Assembly: GCA_964247055.1 (NCBI GenBank)
Contig: OZ176053.1
Location: 5,952,001-6,016,000, forward strand
Length of the DNA stretch: 64,000 bases
Origin: Paragordius varius
Lineage: Eukaryota; Animalia; Nematomorpha
Reading direction: 5' to 3'
Part shown: piece after piece, positions 51,231-63,900 of the stretch
Layout: every line of letters starts with the position of its first letter
How positions within the stretch are numbered: the stretch's first letter is position 1
Translations under genes and position numbers: made by a program
The notes under the pieces: model-generated
Told to the model about the DNA's origin: nothing
The model's input: only the letters and a program-made list of their open reading frames with translations
Database searches by the model: none

Positions 51231-54200
51231 CGGAAATAGAATAGACCAATTTTAAATTTCGTCTTTAAGATTATAAACTTATTAAAAATTTATTTATTTT
51301 GAATATGAAATAAACTTTATTATTCCAAAACTAAATCTTGCTTTTAACCATTAAATCTGGATATAAATAATGATAATAAAATTATAATTATACATCGATA
51401 TATAGGATCAATTTGATATACATATATATATATATATATAAACCATGACCTAAATATTGTTAATTTATATAATTCAGACTTTTTAAAATACAAATATTCA
51501 ATTTGTTGAGTTTTTCAAGAAAAACTACAGTATTTATCGATTAAAAAAATGCAATATTCCCTTTCCAAAGCAATGATGATACAGAAAAAATTGTTCTCCA
51601 ATTCTCAATTAATTATTGTATCGAAATTATCATAAATTCCAAAATTTAAATTTGATTTACTTAATTAATTAAAATAAATAGTATAAAATCTTGTAAAACA
51701 TGGCTTTTTACAAAAACAAAAAACTTTTTTTGGAATTTTAATAACTAATTATCAAAAGGCAAAGTTTTTATATTCACTATAAAAATAAATTTTAATTAAT
51801 TTAAAAAACAAATCCATACCTTATTGCGAACAGGGTAGAAAATCTTGGTTTTAGGGAAAGTACTTCAACCTGTTTAATATAGAAATAATATTCATAATAC
51901 TAAATCGTCTTGGAGAGTAAACTAAATTTACAACTGGCCCACACATTAATAATAAAGTTTTAAAACTTAGACCGCTAATATAACTAACAAGCTTAGTAAA
52001 TATGTCATCACAATGAGCCAAAAACAATAAAAAAATAATTAGATGTTTTTTTGAAAATAACTAAAAATAATATTAATAATGTTGTTAATAGATCAAAAAA
52101 GTACAATTTTAAATTTCGTCCAAAAAAGCGAGAATGATGCGGATAATGAGTCGTGGAATATACCCTAAATTGGTTTTATAATTTTATTTCTTAAAAAATC
52201 AAAATTCATAATATGTATTTTAAATGTTTTATACAGTATGAATAAGTATACATTGCTAGAAAGGTATTAATTATTGCCAAATAGCATATACAACAAATGG
52301 CAATTTTTTCCCTTTTTACTATTATATGCCAATGATGATTCTCTTTGCTGCATTTAATATTTAGCAATACTTAATAACTTTTTATCAATATATGCCATTT
52401 ACAATTCAAATTCACCCTTGAAGAATTCAAATCACCTTCAAACAATTTAAATTCACCCTAAAATAAATTAGGTGCTTTAAAACTAATATAATGTTGAAAA
52501 AATAATAAACTATGTCGTAAAAATATATTTCATATTAATGATGATATATATTATCCCGAAATAAAATAATTTATTTTTAGGGTGAATTCGAATTGTAAAT
52601 GGTATATACTTACTCATACTGTATTTAATACCTTAATAAATTTTCAAAATTATTGTGATAATAAGTGACTTACCAATCCAACCAATTCACCTCTCCCGTA
52701 TTCACCTATAATTTCACGTTTATGACTGTGCTGATGTAATTTGTGGATAGAACGCAACCGACCACTCAACACAATATAAATGCAGTCACTAATTTCATTT
52801 TGCCTATTATCGCATTTTGACAAAAATTTGTTATTATCATAAAATAAAATCATAATCAAATTTAACATGGCATAGTAATAATTGAAATTAAAAAGGACAA
52901 ACGTTAAAACAAAGCAAATTTTTTTTTAAAAAGAAAGACAATCATATTTTTCTAAATTTCCCTTTATATAATTTATTGTTTTGGGTGCAATTGAATATTA
53001 TTATTTGGTATAACATTAAATTTTAAATTTAAATTTGTAATTATATAGTTCATGCATAAATCTCTATATAAAAAACTATTAGACTTTTAGTGTTTAGGTA
53101 TTGTGTTTTTAATAAGCATTTTAAGGGTGTTATTAGATTTTAAATATAAATTATTCGAAATGCAAAAAGCAGCAATATTCAAATAGTTAAAATATTAAGG
53201 ATTAAACCTGTACAAAGCCCTACCAGCCTCCAATTGAACCCAATCAAGACTGTAATCTATTTGTCGGAGAAAAGGTGAAATTTTTGCAACAACTGTATGA
53301 GCTAAATTAAGTACGGCCCATGGTTGTTCATTCAAGATTCTGTTAAAAATAATTTATATAAGTCATTCAAAGTATGTAAAATTTAGATTTGATCAATATA
53401 CGTAACATTTTGACACAAAAACTGCTGTAACTTCTTGTGTTAAAAAATTTACCGATAAAATTAAGTGATTAAATCAACGTTTTCGGAACATATTTTGTTT
53501 TATTGTAATCAGTTTAAAATTTTATCATTTATCATAGATTAATAAAGAATTTACTCATAGAATTGGGGTTTATTAATATAAACTATCCAACTCCGTGTCC
53601 GAGCCTTTATAGTAAAGATTGAAGCTTCACCAGTTATGACTGAAAGGGCATCCACAAATTCACCCGGTTTAACTACAAACACACACACCTCATCAAGGCT
53701 AAATTTATTATTATGTTCATTTTTGTCAGCATCGAATGACGACATATTTGATTCTCCCTGTTTTATATTAAAAAAAATTAAAATATATAGAGTAAAAATT
53801 TCTTAATTTAATAGAGGCAATATTAAAAAACCATACAAAATAATCTTTGGTTTTGGGTTAAAAAATAAGAAAAAAGACATAAATTGATAATACACTATAT
53901 AATACATGACAATTTTAAAATCATATTTGAGAGAGTTGCTTTTTAGGTTTTATTATTTTACTTTTTACTTTATTGATTAATTAATTTATAATAAATAAAC
54001 AATTATTTTACTTAACTATAATTGATAATAAAGTTTTGAAAGTAATATAAATATTGTTATAAATTTTAATGATTTCAATATATTTTTACCACATTCAAAA
54101 GTGAATAAATCACCTTTATATTGTTGTTATGTAATTTGGAAGAAAAACTATTGGGCATTTTGTGAGAAGACCTCCCACCAATACTATTTTGTCCCCTTTG

Positions 54201-54706
54201 TCTGCGAATATTACGGTTATATTGCCCGGCATTAGTGTAGTATGATCGACGTGCATTTCTAAAAAATATTTAAGGTATAAATATATATGGTCATCATACT
54301 GTGTAATCTATTAATATTCATCATCCAACTTTATTTCATAATAAAATTATTTGGAAACATGGAAAATTTGTATAAAAATTTTTCTGGACTGTAAAGGACA
54401 ATATTATAGGCTAAAAGCAAGAAAAAAAACGAAAGATACATTTTTTTACACATGAACTTTAAGCAAATGATATTGCTCTTTAATGTAAACGCCATCTGGC
54501 AACCATTTTTTAAAAAAAAATTAACAATGTATTATTATACCCATGATAGATTTGACAAAAAATTAATCAATTTATTTAGTGTTTTTTGAGAATCAGAGGG
54601 TATTAAAATCCCATTTATCTCTAAAATATTATATATTTTTTGTCGCGCCCTGTTTAATTATATCTCCTTAAGCATTATTTTAATGAATAAATGAAGTTTT
54701 CTGCGA

Positions 54707-54745
<39 letters not shown>

Positions 54746-57700
54746 TTTGGAATTTCTTCATTACTCATGTTTTCGTACATTTGGTGATGTTGTTGTTTAG
54801 TTTGAAGGGATATAGGATCCTTTTGCCAAGCGCTAAGCAATCCAGATGCCACAAATATTAGGCAAACATCCTGTTAAAGATTTAATCAAAAATCAATAAT
54901 ATAATATAATAATAATAAAAAATAAAGTTAAATAAAATTTTTTGGAGATAAGTTATCAAAACAATATATTAGGTGTTATCCCGATTTTATTGTAATGTCT
55001 TGTGGATTGCGAAAACTAACAGTATGAACTGATTGGGCAAAAAAATAAATATTGACGTTTTCAGAACTAAATTCCAAAATAAGTCAAACACGAAATATAT
55101 CATAAGAAAAATACAAAAATTTACCAGGCTATCTTGCTCAATTAAAACTGTGTTTGCTTCAACTACAGTGACATTGAGTTTCGTCTTTAGAGTTTCTAAG
55201 GACTATACAAATATTTTTTATTGCATAAGGTTTTAATGTTTAAAAAGTTATAAAAAGTGTTTTAAAAAGCTATGTAAACCATTTCCAAATTTAGCATGGC
55301 TTTAATATCTAATGCTGCTGCCTCTAAAATTTCTTTCTCAACATCACTTATGTTTGGGGTTGATTTGGAACGAGACCGTTGACGATTGTTTATGTTGTCT
55401 AAGGATGAACCCTAAAACAGTGAATTTTTATGTAGAATGCTAACTTTAAGAAAAAAGTTTTTTTTTGAAAAAGGGAAAAAACTACAAGAAGAGTTATATT
55501 TAATTTGTAGACTGTTTTGTTTGGCTGGAAAAAACATTTTTTTGTTAGAAAAACCGGATAAATTACTCTGCCTTGTTACAAATATCAAAATTGTTTTAAA
55601 AATTAGTTATAACCATTTGGTGTTTATTCTGATTTAAAAATTAACTTTCATGCCTAAATGTGCACTAAAGCCATCAATTTCTTTAATAAAAGAGGTGGAA
55701 ATAGGTCATATATTCGATTCTCCCAGTAAAAAAAGAACATTAATAGAATTAAATTTAAAATCCCAATCAATAGCTAACAGATTTAAAAACTCACATCTTT
55801 ATCATCCCTAGTAGAGTTGACAACATTATTTTCATCCCCAAACTCATTCTCATCATTATTGATTGTTGTTCCATTCCTATCATTCATGTCATCATTAGTT
55901 CTTGGCGTCACACCATTTTTCATTTGGCAATGATGGCGGCGACGATTAAATAATATGGGGTTTTGCGTTTTCTTACGCTGGCCAACCATATCATTCGTAG
56001 TACGGGCTTTACTGCTCATATCTGATGCCTTATTATTGTTGACTCCTGAAGAACAACCACTGGTGAGTGATGAAAGATATGAACCAAAACTAGTTCCTAG
56101 AGCTGAAACACGTCTATTATTCATGCATCGGGATACGGCCATATCGAAATCGGATACTTTTTGTTTCCGTGGCACTGAGGAGGGGGATGTAGTATTTGTA
56201 GCAACTGAGGAATTCATACTATCATCAATATTATCATCTTCTAGGGTGATTGAGGTAGTGTCTAACATGGGAGAAGTTGGTTCGATCGATGTCTGATTAG
56301 TAGTATTACCAACACTAGTGTCGGAAAGCAATGTGTTATTTGGGGTGATTAATGTAGTATTAGTTGACGTTGGATCTATATAAGATTATGATATAAATTG
56401 AGAGAAATTTATTGGTATCATACAATGTATATCATTTTACAAATCGTTGATGAAATTTGGATTTTTTCCAATCTGCATAGCTCTGAAACTGGTTTTACCA
56501 AAAAAGGGAGCCGTTGTGGTATTAAAATAAAACTTACAGCTCAAGATTAGGGTTTTAATCTACGGTTATTTAAATTGCCTAAGAACCAGTCCCGGTTTTT
56601 TGGCCAAAATATAAAAACATATACCCGTATTTCTAATCTCTTGACCATTTTCCTCTCCATGACAATTATTTGGTGTAATAATGCTATTTTTTCTTTTCCG
56701 AGCAAGGGCAGTCAAATCCATATGTGTTGGAATGTCAAGTGGAGCAAATATATTGTCTTTGATGGAAGTCCGTGAAAAATCTCGATCTAAACTACATGTA
56801 GCAGTTCGGGGTTGACCCATACGAGCAAGTCGTTTTTTTCTGCTGGAAACTCTGCCGCTATTTGTCATGTTATCTTGTTTCAAGTTATCAAACGAATCTT
56901 TTAATGGTTTGTTGGGATTGAGAGTAGTAACCGTACTAGATGATGATAAATTTAAACTATCGGCCGTTGTGGAAGAGTTTGATAATGCAAGATCTTGCGT
57001 AAGAATTTGGGATAAATTCCCATCCTTTACCTCCATCAAATTGGATCGCTTGGGAGCTAATACGGGGAACATATCATCTCGAGAGTGAATGGTAAGCTTA
57101 AATGTTGGTGCTAATGAAACATAATTTTTAATGTGCAGAAAGGAAAAAGTCTAAGTTTTCGCAACTTAACATGTAAAAACTATCAGTTTTTATATAAAAT
57201 CTGCAACCATATTTCTAAATTCTTATATAATTATATCAACATCATTAGGCTAAATATTAAGTTAGGAGACACAGCTCTCCATATTGCGCACACTTTATTG
57301 TATTGGATATATAGAAAAACCAAAAATTGAAAAATATGGCGATGATATTAAAAATTAACTGTGATCTTTTATAAAATTTAAATTTTATTACACGTCTTAT
57401 CTCTACTGTATAAGTAAATGAATTACGCACTAATCGTTGATACTAAAATGAATAATTACAAAGGTTTTTTTTCATATAATACCTTTGTTTATTAAAATTA
57501 TAAAGTCACAAATTTTTATATCCATAATTTTAAACTTGCTTACTTACCATTTTCCTGTTCAAGATTCTTTGAGCTATCTGGTTTCACGTCCAATTTCTTA
57601 TTAATAGCAACATTAATATTAGTTGTGTCATTACTTTGATTCTTTATCATTTCGGTAGTAGTTTGAACTGATGTTAGTGTATTAAATGTCCGAGCTCGCT

Positions 57701-60700
57701 TGATAGAACCCAATTTTTTCGTTGCAAATTTATAGAGGGCAGCTAAACGCTGAGATGCACTGTAAGGCAAAACGGGGGGTGGTTTGCCCAAAGGCTTAGT
57801 TTTTAAATCGCTAAGTTTGGAAGGTATGGTGTTTGAAACGCGGGACAAACCACTGCTGGTTTTAGTCATATTTGGATCTGATGAGATAAATAAGGTGAAA
57901 AAATTGCTAGTATGACAGCAATTAAAATTATTTTTAAGAAAAATAATATATAAATTATTTCACCAAAAAATTTATGAGAATGGTAAATATTCGTACCAAT
58001 ACATTTTCTTTCAATGAATTTATTATAAAAACTTGTGTATAACATTCCAATACGTTTTGGGGTAGTTTTATATCCCAGAGCGATTTGAAATTTGAATATT
58101 TTAAAAAGTATTTAAGGTAATAAGCCGAATTAAAAAATAGGATTTTTTTAGTCTTTTAGGCGCATTTGCAAAAAAAATTTTTACAAAATGATAAATTGTA
58201 AAAAAATCTTCATCACAAACTTTTTTCCCGCCATTTTTTTCTAGATATTTAAAATCGCTAATGCAACAGGCAAATAAATTTATATTATGTTGTTGATGTT
58301 GTTTAACATTGAGCATGGTTAGAAAATGTAAATAAAATAATCATCTTTTAAAAGCTTCCAGGCCACATTTTACCAGCAAGTTGATATATTTTGATTTTAA
58401 TATCGCTCGGCGTTTCCATCGATGTTTTGGAGCTGTCCCAATTTTAAATAGAAGTAAACTGTAAAAAATGAGCTTTATATCTAGCACAGGAGAACAATGT
58501 TTGAAAATTAAATTTTAACTTAAATAACTTTTAAAACTGCTTTTTATTTACAAAATTGAGCTCTGGATATAAATCTACCCCAAAATATAAACTAGGACAA
58601 AAAGTGAAAAGGTAATGAGTTAAGCTGGTTTTCATTTTGTCTATTTTTTCGGCAGAAGTGTAAAAACCAATTAAAATGCAATATTAAATAAACTTTTTCA
58701 ATATTCATTTTGTTAACCATCATATGGGTATTTAGATAAGGAATTGTATTATGGATAAGAAATTAGACAAAATTTATTATATAGAATTGATAAACCTTTT
58801 TATAATATAAGAAATTTGTTAGTTTACATAGTCTTCAAAATTTCACCGTCCTTATAATTAATATTCGAATATCATTGTTAATGTTTCTATTAGGCAAAGA
58901 TTCATAAGCTCAAAAAGTTGTTTTTCAATAAATGTTATATCAAAACTAAATAAATCTTGATTGCACAAGCAATAAAATATCGTTTTGATTTTTATATTTG
59001 ATTATTTTTTCAATAATTTAAAATCAAAAATGTTAAATTAAATTTAAAAATTTACTTGTTCCCTGTAGATTACTAATTGTAATTCCCTCAGCGACTTCAT
59101 AAGGTGGTAGATTTCCAGGAGTCGGTCCCCCAAACAATTGTAAAACATGTAAATTTTGTGGATTTTCATTGTTGGCATAATGGAAGGGTTGCAAATAATC
59201 CTGTAAAATATATATTTATATATCACTATGTGCCAAATTCAGATCAATTTTTCAATATATTTCATAAATAATATTAAAAATTTTGAAAATTATTTTTCAT
59301 AAAAATTTAAACTTCATGGTAAAAACACAAATCTCCTATTTATATTTTTAAAACATATCGAATAAATTGTATTAGAGTGAGAATATAAAAGTAAAATATG
59401 TACGGGATTCAATAATTCTGATGTTAATCCCAAATGATTGTTGAGGGCCAAGAAAGTTACCCGTTGTAACCGAACCATAATTATCTTTTTTTATAAAAAA
59501 GATATATAATAAAATGTTTAAAAAAATATATTTATAAATATACATAGGTTAATTTAATTTGTATTATTCCTTAATGAAATAATTAAAAATAGTAAAATAA
59601 CTATTTTATCTTCGCAAAATAGCAAAATAATTTCAATTGCAATAGAAATAAACGGTATTACCTGAACTAATCGTACCAAACTCTGTGGATACTTTTGGAA
59701 TATGTCCTTCAAGGCCTTTACTGGTAATCTAAGGATATTTTGTGCAAAATTAGTAGTTAAATAATTTTTATTAACGGCTTTGCAAAAAAGGATAACGTCA
59801 AAACAACAATTTGTAAATAATCTTTTTAACAGTTTTAGCGGAGTCAATTTATTAATTTATCAGTAAAAATTATTTAAAAGGCTTATTTATATATGTTTAA
59901 TAAATTAAAATTATACTTCAGCACTAGGGATTCTTTATGGGCTTTGGCACAAACCCGTTCGAAAACTGGTGATTTATCCTGTAAAAAAATATATATTTTC
60001 ATTTTTTATTAATAAATGTCCGTTCTGAATTACTTTAAAATATTAAAATTAAAGCGTTGATCAAGTAAAAATAGTCATAAACAATAATGTGTTTAATACA
60101 TGTAAGTTATCCAAGACACTCAATAAACTGTATATCGTGTCACCTTCACAAGCTTTCTTTGTTGTCATGCGACTATTGTCCTAATTAAATAAACAATTGT
60201 TAAGATTAAAAATTAATCAAAAAAATAGGGCTAAATTATACCTTTTCAATGACTGAAACATCAATTCTTCCCTTTAGGACAACATACATATTTTGGTCGG
60301 CATCAGTTTCTTTAAACAAATATTCATCTTTCATCAAATTAACCGGTTCAAAGTGTTTGCATAATTCAAGGAAAACGGGTTTTTCAAAATGTCCAAAAAC
60401 TCTATTGTAAACATTTTGGTTGATGAGATTTAAATATCATATTGATTAAATAAAGTAAAGTAATATATTATTCCAAGTAAAGATTTAAGCATAACAAGAT
60501 AATCTCAATAAATAAAGCAATCTTTTATAAAATTAAGTGTATTTTAATCGTTGACACTATTTTACAAAAATGAAATTTGCGATTGATTAAATGATATAAA
60601 AAAAAACATTGATTTTTTAACCAACAAGTATTTTTTTAATCAACCGTAGTAAAAATGCTTGGTATCTTGGAAATTATGAAAAATATTTGCGATATCGTTG

Positions 60701-61772
60701 ATACGAATAAAATATCATGTTATAAACCACTTGTAAAAAATTGTCGACACAGTTATTAACCCATTAAAATTGTGTGCATAAAAGCCCACATTGTATTATA
60801 ATTTTGTAGTAGTTTATTATACCTTGGACACTAAGAACTTAAAAAAATGTAGTTTATGGTAAAAAACTTAGTTTTTGAGGGATTACGTTATGTCTTATAT
60901 CCATTATGTCTAAAATCGGAAACACAAAATTCCAATTAGAAATGATATCTTTCTTAAAAGATTTGATGGTTAACTAAAAGATTAGTCTCAATTTTACGGC
61001 AAGTTTTATGAAAAAAAATTTAAAGTTTTTTCTAAAAAGAACACTTTTTAAGGGGCTAAAAATGCTGATTTTGGTCACAAATCTACAGATACTTTATAAC
61101 ACCAAATCATAATTAAATAAAATAGATAATTCATGATCATTTATACTCGTACAATATTTAATCCAGCAAAAATTATAGAATTTTATCCTTTATATTTATA
61201 ATGCTACATTTGATCAATATCAATTTTTTGGTGAAAAACTTACTGGATACTCTTTAACATGAATATAACTTCATCGGGTAAATAATTTTCGCCACGTATA
61301 TGAGTTCGCAACAAATCGTCTTCAAGTAAAGCTGAGGGTGGCGGTTGTTTAGATTTAAGTATGGGTTTTCCTTCACTATCTCGTTTAAGACTAAGTAAAC
61401 TAAAAAACATTTAAATAAGATAAACCTTCGAACAACTTTGAATATGATGTATTTTTTCATGATGTTACTGTGTCCAAATTGATCATTTTTCATATTTTTC
61501 ATCTGTATGAATATTTATAATTTTTACTTTTCGTAATATTCTTTTGCCGTAAAATAGCATTTTATCGCGTTTTCTAAATCGCAATTTTGGAGGTCCACTA
61601 CGTATTATATCAGAAGCTAAATGGTAAAAAAATAACTACTTCGATTTCTGATTTTATAGTAGATAATTAATGATAAAAGTAGTATAATTACAGAGGAAAA
61701 TATGGTATAAATCATATAAATTTCCAATTTAAATACCATGAAACCTTTTAATTTTGAAATATCATATGACAT
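40319..61772 (-). CDS. PNPLA6: Neuropathy target esterase / swiss cheese (PNPLA6/7 family lysophospholipase: TM anchor, 3 cNMP-binding domains, patatin domain), 40 exons, about 2,140 aa
   Basis: Exons 61772-61640, 61616-61528, 61502-61426, 61399-61244, 60401-60242, 60180-60100, 59978-59917, 59728-59662, 59484-59404, 59200-59056, 57877-57548, 57110-56625, 56375-55795, 55411-55280, 55202-55125, 54870-54746, 54258-54114, 53757-53555, 53339-53208, 52803-52674, 51869-51820, 51182-51119, 51046-50974, 48729-48604, 48214-48151, 47405-47237, 46845-46632, 46352-46243, 46007-45855, 45778-45695, 45397-45288, 45053-44897, 44372-44186, 43861-43745, 43292-43141, 42851-42699, 42286-42179, 41782-41695, 41586-41510, 41086-40319; all GT-AG and phase-consistent (6,417 nt). 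Motifs: [97 protein letters not shown] (catalytic Ser), [15 protein letters not shown] (catalytic Asp), [12 protein letters not shown]. Exons in the non-conserved linkers are less certain. Confidence 0.94.
44657..44777. mobile_element. Small palindromic MITE-like element in an NTE intron
   Basis: About 34-bp imperfect inverted arms cacagtataatcacaaatacgatagtttcgattc / gaaacgaaactagtcgtatttttgattatagtgt. Confidence 0.6.
47578..48073. mobile_element. MITE family B (TATACCATTT terminus), about 500 bp, in an NTE intron
   Basis: About 53-bp imperfect TIRs tataccatttgcacttgaaaagtgtccttgaacacttcaagttggtccttaaa / tttagggaccaacttaaaacgttgaaggacactcttgaactgaaaatggtata around a very AT-rich core. Confidence 0.8.
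48856..50937 (+). mobile_element. Decayed RTE-clade (BovB-like motifs) non-LTR retrotransposon with an inverted 5' segment, in an NTE intron (antisense to the gene)
   Basis: ORF pieces 49313-49588, 49598-49837 ([14 protein letters not shown]), 49883-50266 ([37 protein letters not shown]) and 50287-50829 ([29 protein letters not shown]); (CA)n tail; 11-bp TSD atagtttaaat at 48845-48855 and 50938-50948. Confidence 0.92.
52391..52606. mobile_element. MITE family A, copy 3
   Basis: TIRs tatgccatttacaattcaaattcaccc / agggtgaattcgaattgtaaatggtata; interior similar to 2744-3031. Confidence 0.8.
58050..58640. repeat. Dispersed repeat family F, copy without the piggyBac-like insertion
   Basis: gagctgtcccaattTTAAatagaagtaaactgtaaaaaa joins the two flanks seen either side of 38688-39259. 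Boundaries approximate. Confidence 0.65.
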
Positions 61773-61868
61773 CTTGATGATTGTCACATGTAATGATCCA
61801 GGTAAGAAAATAATTATGTTTTAACAGTTGGCTACAAAACGATTTTGGTCCTCCGATTCGAATTTTAA

Positions 61869-62090
61869 CACTTCTATTCAAATTGGGGTATAAATACCAC
61901 AGACTAAATTTAAATTAATATTTTTAAAAAAATACTGAAGGAAACGGCCCCAATTTAAATTATGCTTCTATCCTAATAAAAAATATAAATATGCCAAAAT
62001 ATCTAAATAAAATTTTATTTTGAAAAAGTTCCATGTCAAACTACTTCGACGCCATTTTTATTTAACAAAATTTATGCAAAATATCTTCAT
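61869..62090. mobile_element. piggyBac-like family E left-end fragment, cut at an internal TTAA
   Basis: TTAA|CACTTCTATTCAAATTGGGGTA start; collinear with the first about 225 bp of family E until the TTAA at 62091-62094. Confidence 0.78.
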
Positions 62091-62094
62091 TTAA

Positions 62095-62671
62095 CACTTC
62101 GATTTAAATTGGGGTATCTAAATACCCAGACTATATCTAAGTTAAAATTTTTAAAAAACTACTGAAAGAAACGGTCCCAATTTAAATTTATGCTTCTATC
62201 CTAATCCATATTATAAAAATAAGTCGAAATATCTAATTAAAATTTAATTTTGAAAAAAAGCTTTATATCAAACTACTTCGACGCCATTTTTATTTTACAA
62301 AATTTTTCCAAAATATCGTCTTCATTTAATTTTAAGGGTAGAATTAAAGCTAATTTTTTATTTAAATTACATCTAACATTGATAGAAATAGAAAAAGCGG
62401 GTTATTTTGCATTATTTTTTAATTTTACCATTGCACACATGTTACGTTGACTAAATTTTTACCTTTCGGTTTTAGCTTAAAATAGGTAATATCAAGTATT
62501 TTTGAATAAAATATATATATTTCGGTTTATTAATGTTATATAGGTGCAAGATTTTGCCATGGTTTCGTTTCCTTCCATATTTTTTGAAGAATTATATTTT
62601 AAACAGGCATGGGGTATTTAACTACCCCAAGTTGAATCGAAGGACTAAAATGAATGTGTTGTATCCAAGTG
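62095..62671. mobile_element. piggyBac-like TTAA MITE (family E), complete 577-bp copy
   Basis: TTAA (62091-62094)|CACTTCGATT ... GTATCCAAGTG|TTAA (62672-62675); collinear with 38688-39259. Confidence 0.86.
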
Positions 62672-62759
62672 TTAAAAATATGGAATAAATTATAACCATT
62701 ACATTTTGAACTTATATAACATTGTGGCATCTAATTATAAAAAAATCATTAAAAAACTT

Positions 62760-63097
62760 TTATATTACTTTTTCTATGGATAAAACCGAAAATAAAAATT
62801 TAGCCATGACGTATGTGCATTAGCTAAATATAAAATAGATACAAATAAAACAACTATTCTGCTTATATTATTGTTTAATGTATTTTTAAAATAATTAACC
62901 TTAATTTTCGCGCTAAAGTCAAAAAACGCGATATTTGCAATATGTTGCAAAAAAATGGCGACGAAGCAGTTTGGTGTAATTCTTTTCATTATAGAAGCAT
63001 AAATTGAAATTGAAACCGTCCCCGTCTTTAGTCTTTAATCAATTAAATTTTAATATACAGTCTGTCTTTAGATACCCCGATAAATAATCGAAGTTAA
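62760..63097. mobile_element. Diverged family E relative, reverse orientation
   Basis: The reverse complement reads ttaacttcgatt..ggggtatctaaa..tttatgcttcta..aaactgcttcgtcgccattttt..gcacat.cgtca..aaatttttattttcggttt, matching family E blocks. Confidence 0.55.
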
Positions 63098-63289
63098 ATC
63101 TAAATATTAATAAAACTAAAAGGGGGCTTGGAGCTGAAAGACTGATAAGCCCGTTTAGATTTCAATGTAAAAGTAATTAATGATTTATAAATATGTCGAC
63201 AGTGAATAAGCCCTTTTATTAGGCCCTATTGCCCCACCTAAAAATCAAGCTTTTGAAATGGAAGTCCCTAAAAAATTAATCTTGACAGA

Positions 63290-63900
63290 CGTTTTAAAAC
63301 AGGTCCATTCAGTTTCAATAATGTACTTTTTATCATTTTTACAAATGCAGGGTGAGCCCTAAGTTTAACCCCACACTATGAAAAATGGTATTTTTGGAAG
63401 AAAAATTGGCTTTAGCGCACGATAGCGGAAAGTGTCTAAGCACAATAAGCTTCAATAGTGTACTTTTATATTGTTTTTGAATTGCGCGGATGGTGTCTGA
63501 GCTTTCTTAAGAGTGGGGATTGAGTTTTGCGCCGCCCCGTGCAAAAATCGGTTTTTTTGAAAAAAAGAAGTGTCTAAATTTAGTTTATCAGAAGATTTCA
63601 GAAAACGTGTGGGGCCATTTAGTTTCAAAAGTGTTTTTTGTTTCTACACCGAGGTTGATTGAGACCTTCTTAAATTACTCAGTTTAGCCCCACACTTATA
63701 AAAATGAGGTTTTTTAATCAATTGTTATCTTTTGCACACGATAATGAATAATGTGTAGGCAATTAGTTTCAAAAAAGCTTTTTTAATTGTTTAACATTGA
63801 CGCCAAAAGTAACTAAGTGTCTTTTCTAATTTAGCGCCTCAACCATCCTTTTTAAATTAGCCTCCCCGCGACACGGCGCCCATGTAAAAATAGTTTTTTG
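63290..63900. repeat. Diverged tandem array (about 320-bp period with shorter sub-repeats), probably the interior of another transposon
   Basis: ccccacact at about 63368 and 63687; aagtgtct at about 63430, 63567 and 63797; tagtttcaaaa, gcac(a)cgata and aaaaat.g.ttttttgaa each recur. Confidence 0.55.

Noticed and set aside
23680-54745. (TA)n tracts abutting splice sites (23697, 26755, 51183, 54745) as a splicing-regulatory system
   Set aside because: (TA)n tracts are ubiquitous in this genome, and GTAT donors and TAG acceptors seed them naturally; no enrichment can be shown without a genome-wide test.
1319-57088. Antisense or alternative-frame ORFs in the track (e.g. 1319-1501, 3557-3751, 5058-5267, 25371-25646, 44867-45082, 49801-50238, 55955-56296, 56867-57088)
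   Set aside because: They are shadows of real exons or of LINE RT sequence and show no independent homology.
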